Source of the DNA: Alphaproteobacteria bacterium
GTDB lineage: Bacteria; Pseudomonadota; Alphaproteobacteria; Bin95
DNA: 64,000 bases
Direction of reading: 5' to 3'
NCBI GenBank assembly: GCA_963665325.3
Contig: CAXXWS020000002.1
Span: 960,001 to 1,024,000 of the forward strand
Positions within the stretch are counted from its first letter, which is position 1. Each line of letters begins with the position of its first letter. The notes under the pieces are model-generated. The model was not told the DNA's origin. It worked only from the letters and a program-made list of their open reading frames with translations, and made no database searches. Positions 51,587 through 60,333 of this stretch are shown here, in pieces. The position numbers were made by a program, and so were the translations under genes.

Positions 51587-51955
51587 GCCCTGTCCCAGCG
51601 CGGTGCCGACCGTCTCGGCGGCATCCTGCACCATGGTGTCGGCAAGGTGGATGTATTTCAGCGTCGTCTCCGCCTTGCGGTGCCCAAGCATCCTGCCGAT
51701 CGCCAGCACGGTCTCGCCTTGCCTGAGCGCCAGACTCGCCACCGTGTGCCGCAGATCGTGAAGATGCGCGTCCTCAAGCTCCGCCTCGGCGCGGACCCGC
51801 TTCCAGAAACATTCCAGCCAGTTGATGCTCCGGGGGCGGTCGGCCCGCGACGCGGGGAACATCCAGCGTCCCTTCCGCTCAAGGCCGTCGAGAACGGCGC
51901 GCGCCGGCCCGGAGAGCCATACGGTCCTCGGCCCCGTCTTGCTGTCGCTAAGACG
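51587..51955 (-). pseudogene. C-terminal fragment of a second tyrosine integrase; its last codons lie at 48208-48228
   Basis: RLSDSKTGPRTV, HDLRH, MLGH, TLKYIH; N-terminal two-thirds missing. Confidence 0.85.
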
Positions 51956-52096
51956 AAAACATACCCTAAGATATTGTAAATATGGAGATATCTACTTTTA
52001 TGTAATCACACCGCATGCGGATGGCTTCAACTCCGCGACCCCTCACGTCCCCGTAGGGGGTAAGCCTTCGGGCGAGCCGTGGAGAGGACGACGATA

Positions 52097-52978
52097 TCAG
52101 CGATTGAGGGTTCGCCGCCAATCGCGTCGGAGGGGTCGGAGCCAGACATCCTTGCGGGGCTTTTCGTAGAGCTTGTCGCGGTCGTAGCGTCCCCGGCCCT
52201 GGGTGGTTCCGACATGGATCCAGCCCGACGCCCGGTAGACAGCGCCGGTGTAGCGCGGGGTCTCGACGAAGGTCTCGATGAGCACGGGGTTGGTGTTGTA
52301 GCGTTCGGTCCAGTCCCCGGGCAGGCGGCGGCGCACGATGGCGAGGATGTGCGAGCCGAGGTTGGGAATCGCGATCCACGGCAATATCAGGAACCTGGGG
52401 TTGTCCACCACCAGCGGCAGGTTCTTCTCGCGCAGCTCGGGCGCCCAGCCGATGAAGCGGTCGCGCGGGGCGAGCTTCCAGGCGGCGGTGGAGAAGCCGA
52501 GCATGGCGATGGGCCAGCCGTTGCGGTCGTGGACGGCGTAGCGCATCTGGGCGCCGACCAGGGTCTTGTATCCGAGGTAGTGGTAGCGGGCGACGAACTC
52601 GTTCCACAGCCTGCCCTCGCGAGTCTCGCGCACGACGGTGCGGAAGTCGAGCGGGCGCACCTCGTCAAGCGTCGTCGGTGCGGGGAACAGCGGCGGCTCG
52701 GTCTCCGGTCCGAAGACCATGGGCTTGGGCCGGCCCTGCTTACCCTTCGGCGGCGGCAGGGCGATCACCCCGTCGCGGTGCATGGCGAGCATGGTGACGC
52801 GGGCCATCATGTCCTTGAGGCCGCCGTCGGGCTTGAGCCAGCCGATGCGCCGGCAGAACTCCTTCGACAGGGCATGGCGGTTGAACGCCGGAGGCCCGGC
52901 GATCAGGGAGCGCAGCAGCGCCATTTCATCGGCGGTGAAGTCGCGACCGTAGTAGCGGCACTCGATGGCGCCGGTCAT
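52097..52978 (-). CDS. DUF4338 (DruA-like) protein, copy 1
   Basis: YHYLGY, AWKLAPRDRFIGW, RFLILPW, ETFVE, GAVYRASGW; ATGA overlap with the transposase stop. Confidence 0.85.
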   Translation of the reverse strand: MTGAIECRYYGRDFTADEMALLRSLIAGPPAFNRHALSKEFCRRIGWLKPDGGLKDMMARVTMLAMHRDGVIALPPPKGKQGRPKPMVFGPETEPPLFPAPTTLDEVRPLDFRTVVRETREGRLWNEFVARYHYLGYKTLVGAQMRYAVHDRNGWPIAMLGFSTAAWKLAPRDRFIGWAPELREKNLPLVVDNPRFLILPWIAIPNLGSHILAIVRRRLPGDWTERYNTNPVLIETFVETPRYTGAVYRASGWIHVGTTQGRGRYDRDKLYEKPRKDVWLRPLRRDWRRTLNR

Positions 52979-55362
52979 CCCGGGGCCGTGAACTTGAGCC
53001 TGCGCTCCTCGCTCATCGACCAGGGCAGCCAGGCCGACAAGTCGTCCGGCGGCTGGCGGCCATTTTCCGCACACGCCGCCAGCCACGCTTCCAGCCAGCG
53101 CAGCACGTCGATGCCGTTCATCGAGAGCGTGCCGACGACCGAGTACATGATCGCGGTGAACTCCGCGCCGTCCGCGCTGTTGGAACCGAAGCTCAGCCCC
53201 CGTCCGATTGCCGGAGCACGCAAGATTCTTTCGGCGACATTATTCGTGAGGGGCACTTGCGGGTGGTCGACGAAGACGCACAGCCCCTCGCGATGGTTGA
53301 GAAGCGAACGCAGCGCCTTGCCTTCGCGCGCGTGCTCCGGCAGAGCGGCCAGCTCCGCCTCGGCGTGCGCGAACAGGCGGTCGAGCGCCTTCTTCAGTTT
53401 GCGCGTCGCTTTCCTGAACGCCGCAGTCTGGCGTTTGCGGCCGGGCTTGTAATGTTCCAGCCGCGCATCGTTCAGCCGGAAGATCTCCGCGATCCGCTCG
53501 ATCCATTCCTGGCACCATTGCGTCAGCCGTTCCTGGCCGGCCGCGGCCTCGATGTAGTCGCGGCGCACATGGGACCAGCAGAAGGCGAGGATCACCTTGC
53601 CCCCGAGAAGGCGCACGAGCCGCTTGTATGCGCTGTAGCGGTCGCAGACGACGATCGTGTGGGGCAGGGCTTCGGCGAACAGCTTGAGCGCCGCCTCGGC
53701 GCTGCGGCTCGGGTCGATGTGGAAGCAGACCGCGTCGTGGCTGACCGAGGTCCACAGCCAGGCCCGGTTCGACCGATCTTCCCCGCGCAGCTCCTGCACA
53801 CGCCAGGAGGTCTCGTCGGCATGGCGCACCACCGCCTCGTTCTGGTGCGCGAGAATCGCCTCGAACAGCGGCAGGAACAGCGGCACGAAGCGCTTCAGGC
53901 TGTCGGCCAGCGTCCCCGGCGACACCGCCAGCCCCTGGGCCGACATCCATGCCGCGGTCCGGCTCAGCGGGCGCAGCCCGACACTGAGTTCGAAGAGGAA
54001 GCGCGCCCAGAAGGTGATTCCGTAGGGCGTGCCGCGGAACAGCCGCGCCACCGGGGGCGCGGACACTTCCATCGGCGAGGACGCGCACTCGCAGGTCCGG
54101 CGCATGCGTGGGCGCTGGATCACGCGCTTGTGGGCCTTGACCTCGATCTCGACGAGGGTGGATTCCTCGACGCCGTTCGCGGCGTAAGGCTCCCCGCATT
54201 GCGCGCACACGCACGCCTCCGGCGGCGGGGCGTGGACTTCAGGGCGCTCCTCGAGCCCGGGCCGCCGAGTGCGGCCGTGACCGGGCGCGCCGCGCTGCTG
54301 GCCGCGCTTGCGGTCCGAGCGCGGCTTGTTCTGCTGCTCGCTCTTGCGCCCATAGAGCCTCTTCGACAGCACCTTCCCGGTTGCACGGAGCTTCGTGGTC
54401 TCGGCTTCCAGCGCCTCGATCCGGTTCCGCGCGCCCTTCACGGTTCTGCGCAACCGGGCGTTCTCCCTCGACAGGGTCTTGATCGTTTTCTTCTGGCGCC
54501 GCGACCGCCTCAGGACGGTGCGCAGGTGAGCCACCTCGTCGAACGGCAACTTCGTCAGCGTCGCCCCGGCCGCGCGCAGCTTGGCAATCCGGGCCTTCAG
54601 CTTCTCCCGCCTGGCCTCGGACATCTTCAGCGCATAGCGCAGCCCGGACACTTCGTGGGACAGCGACCGGGACCGGATCTCGGCGTCTCTCAGGAACGTC
54701 AGCTCCCTGCGGAAGCTCAGGTTCTCGCGGGACAGCGCCTTGGCGGTTTCCCTGATGCTTTCCGACCTCTCCTTCTCCTCTTCCAACTGCTTGTTGAGCC
54801 GGGCAATCTGGGTGTACAGCGATTTGACCGACATCTCGCGTGCCGGCGCCATTCGACTGCGCCGCGCGGCCTCGGATCGCTCAGCGGCGTCCGTCGACAC
54901 GAGACCGCGCATTCGACCGATCACGATGCGCGCGGATACGATCCTCGCGCCTTCGCCCGGCTCAAGGCCGGGGGCGCACAGAAGTTTCCCGGGGGCGCAC
55001 AGAAGTTTCTCCAACTGCGCCAGCTCCGTCTGCAACAAGGGGACGGTCTTGACCGCGCGGCGCAGTTCCCTGGTCTCTTCCTCGACCGCCGTCAGCTTGC
55101 TGCGGCACTTGCCGAACCGCGACTTCCACGAACCGGCATCGCTACGGGCAGCCACTTCGGCCCAGCGCAATTCCTCAACGCGCGCCTCCGCCGCGTCCGC
55201 GCGCGCTTGTTCCCGATCCGCACGGGCGCGCTCACGCTGCAACAGCGTCAGCAAATCGCACGGCTCGTGCTCTGGCCGGGGCGCGGGAGAAAACCGTATC
55301 CCCCCGTCGACCTCGACCGGCGTCAGGTCTGTCGTGGCAAGATCAGCGTCGAGAACCACCAT
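52975..55362 (-). CDS. tnpC: IS66-family transposase with long coiled-coil N-terminus, copy 1
   Basis: YGRKSE, GQQRGAPGHGR, CAQCG, HADETSW, CDRYSAY, CWSHVRR, TNNVAERILR. Confidence 0.92.
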   Translation of the reverse strand: MVVLDADLATTDLTPVEVDGGIRFSPAPRPEHEPCDLLTLLQRERARADREQARADAAEARVEELRWAEVAARSDAGSWKSRFGKCRSKLTAVEEETRELRRAVKTVPLLQTELAQLEKLLCAPGKLLCAPGLEPGEGARIVSARIVIGRMRGLVSTDAAERSEAARRSRMAPAREMSVKSLYTQIARLNKQLEEEKERSESIRETAKALSRENLSFRRELTFLRDAEIRSRSLSHEVSGLRYALKMSEARREKLKARIAKLRAAGATLTKLPFDEVAHLRTVLRRSRRQKKTIKTLSRENARLRRTVKGARNRIEALEAETTKLRATGKVLSKRLYGRKSEQQNKPRSDRKRGQQRGAPGHGRTRRPGLEERPEVHAPPPEACVCAQCGEPYAANGVEESTLVEIEVKAHKRVIQRPRMRRTCECASSPMEVSAPPVARLFRGTPYGITFWARFLFELSVGLRPLSRTAAWMSAQGLAVSPGTLADSLKRFVPLFLPLFEAILAHQNEAVVRHADETSWRVQELRGEDRSNRAWLWTSVSHDAVCFHIDPSRSAEAALKLFAEALPHTIVVCDRYSAYKRLVRLLGGKVILAFCWSHVRRDYIEAAAGQERLTQWCQEWIERIAEIFRLNDARLEHYKPGRKRQTAAFRKATRKLKKALDRLFAHAEAELAALPEHAREGKALRSLLNHREGLCVFVDHPQVPLTNNVAERILRAPAIGRGLSFGSNSADGAEFTAIMYSVVGTLSMNGIDVLRWLEAWLAACAENGRQPPDDLSAWLPWSMSEERRLKFTAPG

Positions 55363-55520
55363 GCGCCCGACGATAGCGCAGGGTTCTCCGCGTTACCAGC
55401 CCCCTTGCGGCACCTCGATTCGCTCTGGATCACGAACCGTTGTCGGATTTCTCACGGCTCGCCCGAAGGCTTACCGTAGGGGTGTAAGCCTTCGGGCGAG
55501 CCGTGGAGAGGACGACGATA

Positions 55521-56402
55521 TCAGCGATTGAGGGTTCGCCGCCAATCGCGTCGGAGGGGTCGGAGCCAGACATCCTTGCGGGGCTTTTCGTAGAGCTTGT
55601 CGCGGTCGTAGCGTCCCCGGCCCTGGGTGGTTCCGACATGGATCCAGCCCGACGCCCGGTAGACAGCGCCGGTGTAGCGCGGGGTCTCGACGAAGGTCTC
55701 GATGAGCACGGGGTTGGTGTTGTAGCGTTCGGTCCAGTCCCCGGGCAGGCGGCGGCGCACGATGGCGAGGATGTGCGAGCCGAGGTTGGGAATCGCGATC
55801 CACGGCAATATCAGGAACCTGGGGTTGTCCACCACCAGCGGCAGGTTCTTCTCGCGCAGCTCGGGCGCCCAGCCGATGAAGCGGTCGCGCGGGGCGAGCT
55901 TCCAGGCGGCGGTGGAGAAGCCGAGCATGGCGATGGGCCAGCCGTTGCGGTCGTGGACGGCGTAGCGCATCTGGGCGCCGACCAGGGTCTTGTATCCGAG
56001 GTAGTGGTAGCGGGCGACGAACTCGTTCCACAGCCTGCCCTCGCGAGTCTCGCGCACGACGGTGCGGAAGTCGAGCGGGCGCACCTCGTCAAGCGTCGTC
56101 GGTGCGGGGAACAGCGGCGGCTCGGTCTCCGGTCCGAAGACCATGGGCTTGGGCCGGCCCTGCTTACCCTTCGGCGGCGGCAGGGCGATCACCCCGTCGC
56201 GGTGCATGGCGAGCATGGTGACGCGGGCCATCATGTCCTTGAGGCCGCCGTCGGGCTTGAGCCAGCCGATGCGCCGGCAGAACTCCTTCGACAGGGCATG
56301 GCGGTTGAACGCCGGAGGCCCGGCGATCAGGGAGCGCAGCAGCGCCATTTCATCGGCGGTGAAGTCGCGACCGTAGTAGCGGCACTCGATGGCGCCGGTC
56401 AT
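55521..56402 (-). CDS. DUF4338 (DruA-like) protein, copy 2
   Basis: Identical translation to 52097-52978. Confidence 0.85.
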   Translation of the reverse strand: MTGAIECRYYGRDFTADEMALLRSLIAGPPAFNRHALSKEFCRRIGWLKPDGGLKDMMARVTMLAMHRDGVIALPPPKGKQGRPKPMVFGPETEPPLFPAPTTLDEVRPLDFRTVVRETREGRLWNEFVARYHYLGYKTLVGAQMRYAVHDRNGWPIAMLGFSTAAWKLAPRDRFIGWAPELREKNLPLVVDNPRFLILPWIAIPNLGSHILAIVRRRLPGDWTERYNTNPVLIETFVETPRYTGAVYRASGWIHVGTTQGRGRYDRDKLYEKPRKDVWLRPLRRDWRRTLNR

Positions 56403-58786
56403 CCCGGGGCCGTGAACTTGAGCCTGCGCTCCTCGCTCATCGACCAGGGCAGCCAGGCCGACAAGTCGTCCGGCGGCTGGCGGCCATTTTCCGCACACGC
56501 CGCCAGCCACGCTTCCAGCCAGCGCAGCACGTCGATGCCGTTCATCGAGAGCGTGCCGACGACCGAGTACATGATCGCGGTGAACTCCGCGCCGTCCGCG
56601 CTGTTGGAACCGAAGCTCAGCCCCCGTCCGATTGCCGGAGCACGCAAGATTCTTTCGGCGACATTATTCGTGAGGGGCACTTGCGGGTGGTCGACGAAGA
56701 CGCACAGCCCCTCGCGATGGTTGAGAAGCGAACGCAGCGCCTTGCCTTCGCGCGCGTGCTCCGGCAGAGCGGCCAGCTCCGCCTCGGCGTGCGCGAACAG
56801 GCGGTCGAGCGCCTTCTTCAGTTTGCGCGTCGCTTTCCTGAACGCCGCAGTCTGGCGTTTGCGGCCGGGCTTGTAATGTTCCAGCCGCGCATCGTTCAGC
56901 CGGAAGATCTCCGCGATCCGCTCGATCCATTCCTGGCACCATTGCGTCAGCCGTTCCTGGCCGGCCGCGGCCTCGATGTAGTCGCGGCGCACATGGGACC
57001 AGCAGAAGGCGAGGATCACCTTGCCCCCGAGAAGGCGCACGAGCCGCTTGTATGCGCTGTAGCGGTCGCAGACGACGATCGTGTGGGGCAGGGCTTCGGC
57101 GAACAGCTTGAGCGCCGCCTCGGCGCTGCGGCTCGGGTCGATGTGGAAGCAGACCGCGTCGTGGCTGACCGAGGTCCACAGCCAGGCCCGGTTCGACCGA
57201 TCTTCCCCGCGCAGCTCCTGCACACGCCAGGAGGTCTCGTCGGCATGGCGCACCACCGCCTCGTTCTGGTGCGCGAGAATCGCCTCGAACAGCGGCAGGA
57301 ACAGCGGCACGAAGCGCTTCAGGCTGTCGGCCAGCGTCCCCGGCGACACCGCCAGCCCCTGGGCCGACATCCATGCCGCGGTCCGGCTCAGCGGGCGCAG
57401 CCCGACACTGAGTTCGAAGAGGAAGCGCGCCCAGAAGGTGATTCCGTAGGGCGTGCCGCGGAACAGCCGCGCCACCGGGGGCGCGGACACTTCCATCGGC
57501 GAGGACGCGCACTCGCAGGTCCGGCGCATGCGTGGGCGCTGGATCACGCGCTTGTGGGCCTTGACCTCGATCTCGACGAGGGTGGATTCCTCGACGCCGT
57601 TCGCGGCGTAAGGCTCCCCGCATTGCGCGCACACGCACGCCTCCGGCGGCGGGGCGTGGACTTCAGGGCGCTCCTCGAGCCCGGGCCGCCGAGTGCGGCC
57701 GTGACCGGGCGCGCCGCGCTGCTGGCCGCGCTTGCGGTCCGAGCGCGGCTTGTTCTGCTGCTCGCTCTTGCGCCCATAGAGCCTCTTCGACAGCACCTTC
57801 CCGGTTGCACGGAGCTTCGTGGTCTCGGCTTCCAGCGCCTCGATCCGGTTCCGCGCGCCCTTCACGGTTCTGCGCAACCGGGCGTTCTCCCTCGACAGGG
57901 TCTTGATCGTTTTCTTCTGGCGCCGCGACCGCCTCAGGACGGTGCGCAGGTGAGCCACCTCGTCGAACGGCAACTTCGTCAGCGTCGCCCCGGCCGCGCG
58001 CAGCTTGGCAATCCGGGCCTTCAGCTTCTCCCGCCTGGCCTCGGACATCTTCAGCGCATAGCGCAGCCCGGACACTTCGTGGGACAGCGACCGGGACCGG
58101 ATCTCGGCGTCTCTCAGGAACGTCAGCTCCCTGCGGAAGCTCAGGTTCTCGCGGGACAGCGCCTTGGCGGTTTCCCTGATGCTTTCCGACCTCTCCTTCT
58201 CCTCTTCCAACTGCTTGTTGAGCCGGGCAATCTGGGTGTACAGCGATTTGACCGACATCTCGCGTGCCGGCGCCATTCGACTGCGCCGCGCGGCCTCGGA
58301 TCGCTCAGCGGCGTCCGTCGACACGAGACCGCGCATTCGACCGATCACGATGCGCGCGGATACGATCCTCGCGCCTTCGCCCGGCTCAAGGCCGGGGGCG
58401 CACAGAAGTTTCCCGGGGGCGCACAGAAGTTTCTCCAACTGCGCCAGCTCCGTCTGCAACAAGGGGACGGTCTTGACCGCGCGGCGCAGTTCCCTGGTCT
58501 CTTCCTCGACCGCCGTCAGCTTGCTGCGGCACTTGCCGAACCGCGACTTCCACGAACCGGCATCGCTACGGGCAGCCACTTCGGCCCAGCGCAATTCCTC
58601 AACGCGCGCCTCCGCCGCGTCCGCGCGCGCTTGTTCCCGATCCGCACGGGCGCGCTCACGCTGCAACAGCGTCAGCAAATCGCACGGCTCGTGCTCTGGC
58701 CGGGGCGCGGGAGAAAACCGTATCCCCCCGTCGACCTCGACCGGCGTCAGGTCTGTCGTGGCAAGATCAGCGTCGAGAACCACCAT
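56399..58786 (-). CDS. tnpC: IS66-family transposase, copy 2
   Basis: Identical translation to 52975-55362. Confidence 0.92.
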   Translation of the reverse strand: MVVLDADLATTDLTPVEVDGGIRFSPAPRPEHEPCDLLTLLQRERARADREQARADAAEARVEELRWAEVAARSDAGSWKSRFGKCRSKLTAVEEETRELRRAVKTVPLLQTELAQLEKLLCAPGKLLCAPGLEPGEGARIVSARIVIGRMRGLVSTDAAERSEAARRSRMAPAREMSVKSLYTQIARLNKQLEEEKERSESIRETAKALSRENLSFRRELTFLRDAEIRSRSLSHEVSGLRYALKMSEARREKLKARIAKLRAAGATLTKLPFDEVAHLRTVLRRSRRQKKTIKTLSRENARLRRTVKGARNRIEALEAETTKLRATGKVLSKRLYGRKSEQQNKPRSDRKRGQQRGAPGHGRTRRPGLEERPEVHAPPPEACVCAQCGEPYAANGVEESTLVEIEVKAHKRVIQRPRMRRTCECASSPMEVSAPPVARLFRGTPYGITFWARFLFELSVGLRPLSRTAAWMSAQGLAVSPGTLADSLKRFVPLFLPLFEAILAHQNEAVVRHADETSWRVQELRGEDRSNRAWLWTSVSHDAVCFHIDPSRSAEAALKLFAEALPHTIVVCDRYSAYKRLVRLLGGKVILAFCWSHVRRDYIEAAAGQERLTQWCQEWIERIAEIFRLNDARLEHYKPGRKRQTAAFRKATRKLKKALDRLFAHAEAELAALPEHAREGKALRSLLNHREGLCVFVDHPQVPLTNNVAERILRAPAIGRGLSFGSNSADGAEFTAIMYSVVGTLSMNGIDVLRWLEAWLAACAENGRQPPDDLSAWLPWSMSEERRLKFTAPG

Positions 58787-59054
58787 GCGCCCGACGATAG
58801 CGCAGGGTTCTCCGCGTTACCAGCCCCCTTGCGGCACCTCGATTCGCTCTGGATCACGAACCGTTGTCGGATTTCTCACGGCTCGCCCGAAGGCTTACCG
58901 TAGGGCCTCGTAAACGTTCCGTCGGGCCGGGGAGAACGGGAAAAGTAGGTGTCGCGACCGGCTGTGACGGTAGGAAATCCCTCGATTATGCGAACCAAGA
59001 TTACCTCTGAGTTCGACGACTCCACGGCCCGACGGAACCATTACAGGGCCTCTC

Positions 59055-59396
59055 TCACGGCAAGAGCTTGACCAGAGCGACGATCAGGCCGCCCTGGGCG
59101 ATCAGCGCCCCGAACAGCCACTTCAACAAGTCGACCTTGACCGCCTCGATGGCAGCCCTGGTTTCCTGCCGCAGTACGTCGATACCGGCCTCGACCCTGG
59201 CGATATCGGCCTTGGTCTCCTGACGCAGCGCGTCCACGCCGGCCTCGATCCTGGCGATATCGGCCTTGGTCGCGAGGTTGGTATTGAGCAGGGCGACATG
59301 CTCTTCGGCCAGGGTCTCGGCCTGCTTCTCGGTGAAGCCGCTCTCGGTCAGGCGCTTCACGAAGCGGTGGGTGTCGAACGCGATGGCCTCGGTCAT
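59055..59396 (-). CDS. DUF1640/CCDC90-like coiled-coil membrane-anchored protein
   Basis: FDTHRFVKRLTESGFTEKQAE, LATKADI, 18-aa internal repeat, C-terminal TM. Confidence 0.8.
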   Translation of the reverse strand: MTEAIAFDTHRFVKRLTESGFTEKQAETLAEEHVALLNTNLATKADIARIEAGVDALRQETKADIARVEAGIDVLRQETRAAIEAVKVDLLKWLFGALIAQGGLIVALVKLLP

Positions 59397-59516
59397 GCAT
59401 CGATCATACATTCCCGCCGGCACGGAGCAAGGATCCCGCGTGGCGGAATCGGGCGTGCCTGGGGCTGCAAGCCCCAACGAGCCCAGCGATGAGCCGGTGC
59501 ACGCTTTCGGCGGCGA

Positions 59517-59735
59517 TCAGTGTTCGGTCGAGTTCAGCTTCTCGCCGAGTTGCGTGAGCTGTTCACCGAGGCGCACCGCATCCTCGGGGACGAGCCCGAA
59601 CTGAAGGCGCGTGGGCTCCCCTGCGTCCTCCCGGTACTGGATCTCGACGCCGACATGCACCGTGCCGTCGGTGGCGGTGAGCTTGCGAAGCCGCACCTTC
59701 TCGAGCGGCGGCACGAGCTTCACGGTATCGCTCAT
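59517..59735 (-). CDS. Small hypothetical protein
   Basis: 72-aa ORF MSDTVKLVPP... with GC3-rich codons and protein-like composition. Confidence 0.5.
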   Translation of the reverse strand: MSDTVKLVPPLEKVRLRKLTATDGTVHVGVEIQYREDAGEPTRLQFGLVPEDAVRLGEQLTQLGEKLNSTEH

Positions 59736-60333
59736 CGCGCGGAGTCGCCCCGGGTTGCCGTCACCGGCAGGTCCTCGTACCGATCCGGACCAGATCGCCG
59801 CCCGGCGTCGAGAGTCGCCATGATGGAATCGCCCGGAGGTCTCATGTCGTTGGCCTGACGACGATACGACGCTCGCCATGCGTGAGCCCGCAGGCGCCGT
59901 CGTGCCCTCGGGCGTCGGTGTCGCCCGCGCAACCGGCGCAGCGAACCGCGGCCGTGGCGAAGGCGGTTGAGCGAAGCATGGCCACGACTATACCGCCCAA
60001 TCGGTGGCGTTCGACAGCGGCGCGGCCAATCCCTTCGAGAGAGAGGCGGAGCCCGACATCGTTCCTGGGCTCGGCCCGCTTGATGTGGATGCGTGTCGTG
60101 ACGTCCGTCCCTCGGGTGCGTCCGACCCGGCGCCGGCTGAGCGTCGGTCGGCGATGGTGGTCAAGGTGTGCGTCGCGCGGCGTTCGCTCTCTGTCGGCGT
60201 TCATTGTATTGATTTGCCGCCGGGTTCGGTTTACGGTTTGCGCAAGTGGGACAGGCGATGCTTGGCGGGATTGTGTGCGGCGTCGGACGGGGCGCGGGAC
60301 GGTCAGCCGGGCGACAGGTTCGGAGGCGACACG

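Larger units (their letters stand above)
48229..51588 (-). mobile_element. Large serine recombinase element (DUF5372 - HTH - small ORF - LSR), about 3.36 kb
   Basis: GC dinucleotide at both ends (48229-30, 51587-88); imperfect IRs GCTTCATACTGC / GCAGTTGAGTGC; removal restores the target integrase frame and stop. Confidence 0.8.
52060..55474 (-). mobile_element. IS66-like element copy 1 (3415 bp; transposase + DUF4338)
   Basis: Perfect 22-bp TIRs GTAAGCCTTCGGGCGAGCCGTG; flanked by CGTAGGGG at 52052-59 and 55475-82. Confidence 0.92.
55484..58898 (-). mobile_element. IS66-like element copy 2 (direct tandem repeat, 3424-bp offset)
   Basis: Same TIRs and identical ORF translations; followed by CGTAGGGC. 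Confidence 0.9.

Noticed and set aside
51948-51970. CTAAG direct repeat at the integrase truncation point as an IS footprint
   Set aside because: A 5-bp match with no recognisable terminal repeat; insufficient evidence
52097-56402. Complete Druantia defence system
   Set aside because: Only DUF4338 is present, inside IS ends; no DruE helicase or other dru genes
59740-60320. Possible gene or ncRNA upstream of adhesin 2
   Set aside because: ORFs are low-complexity Arg/Ser-rich and I recognised no tRNA or other RNA structure
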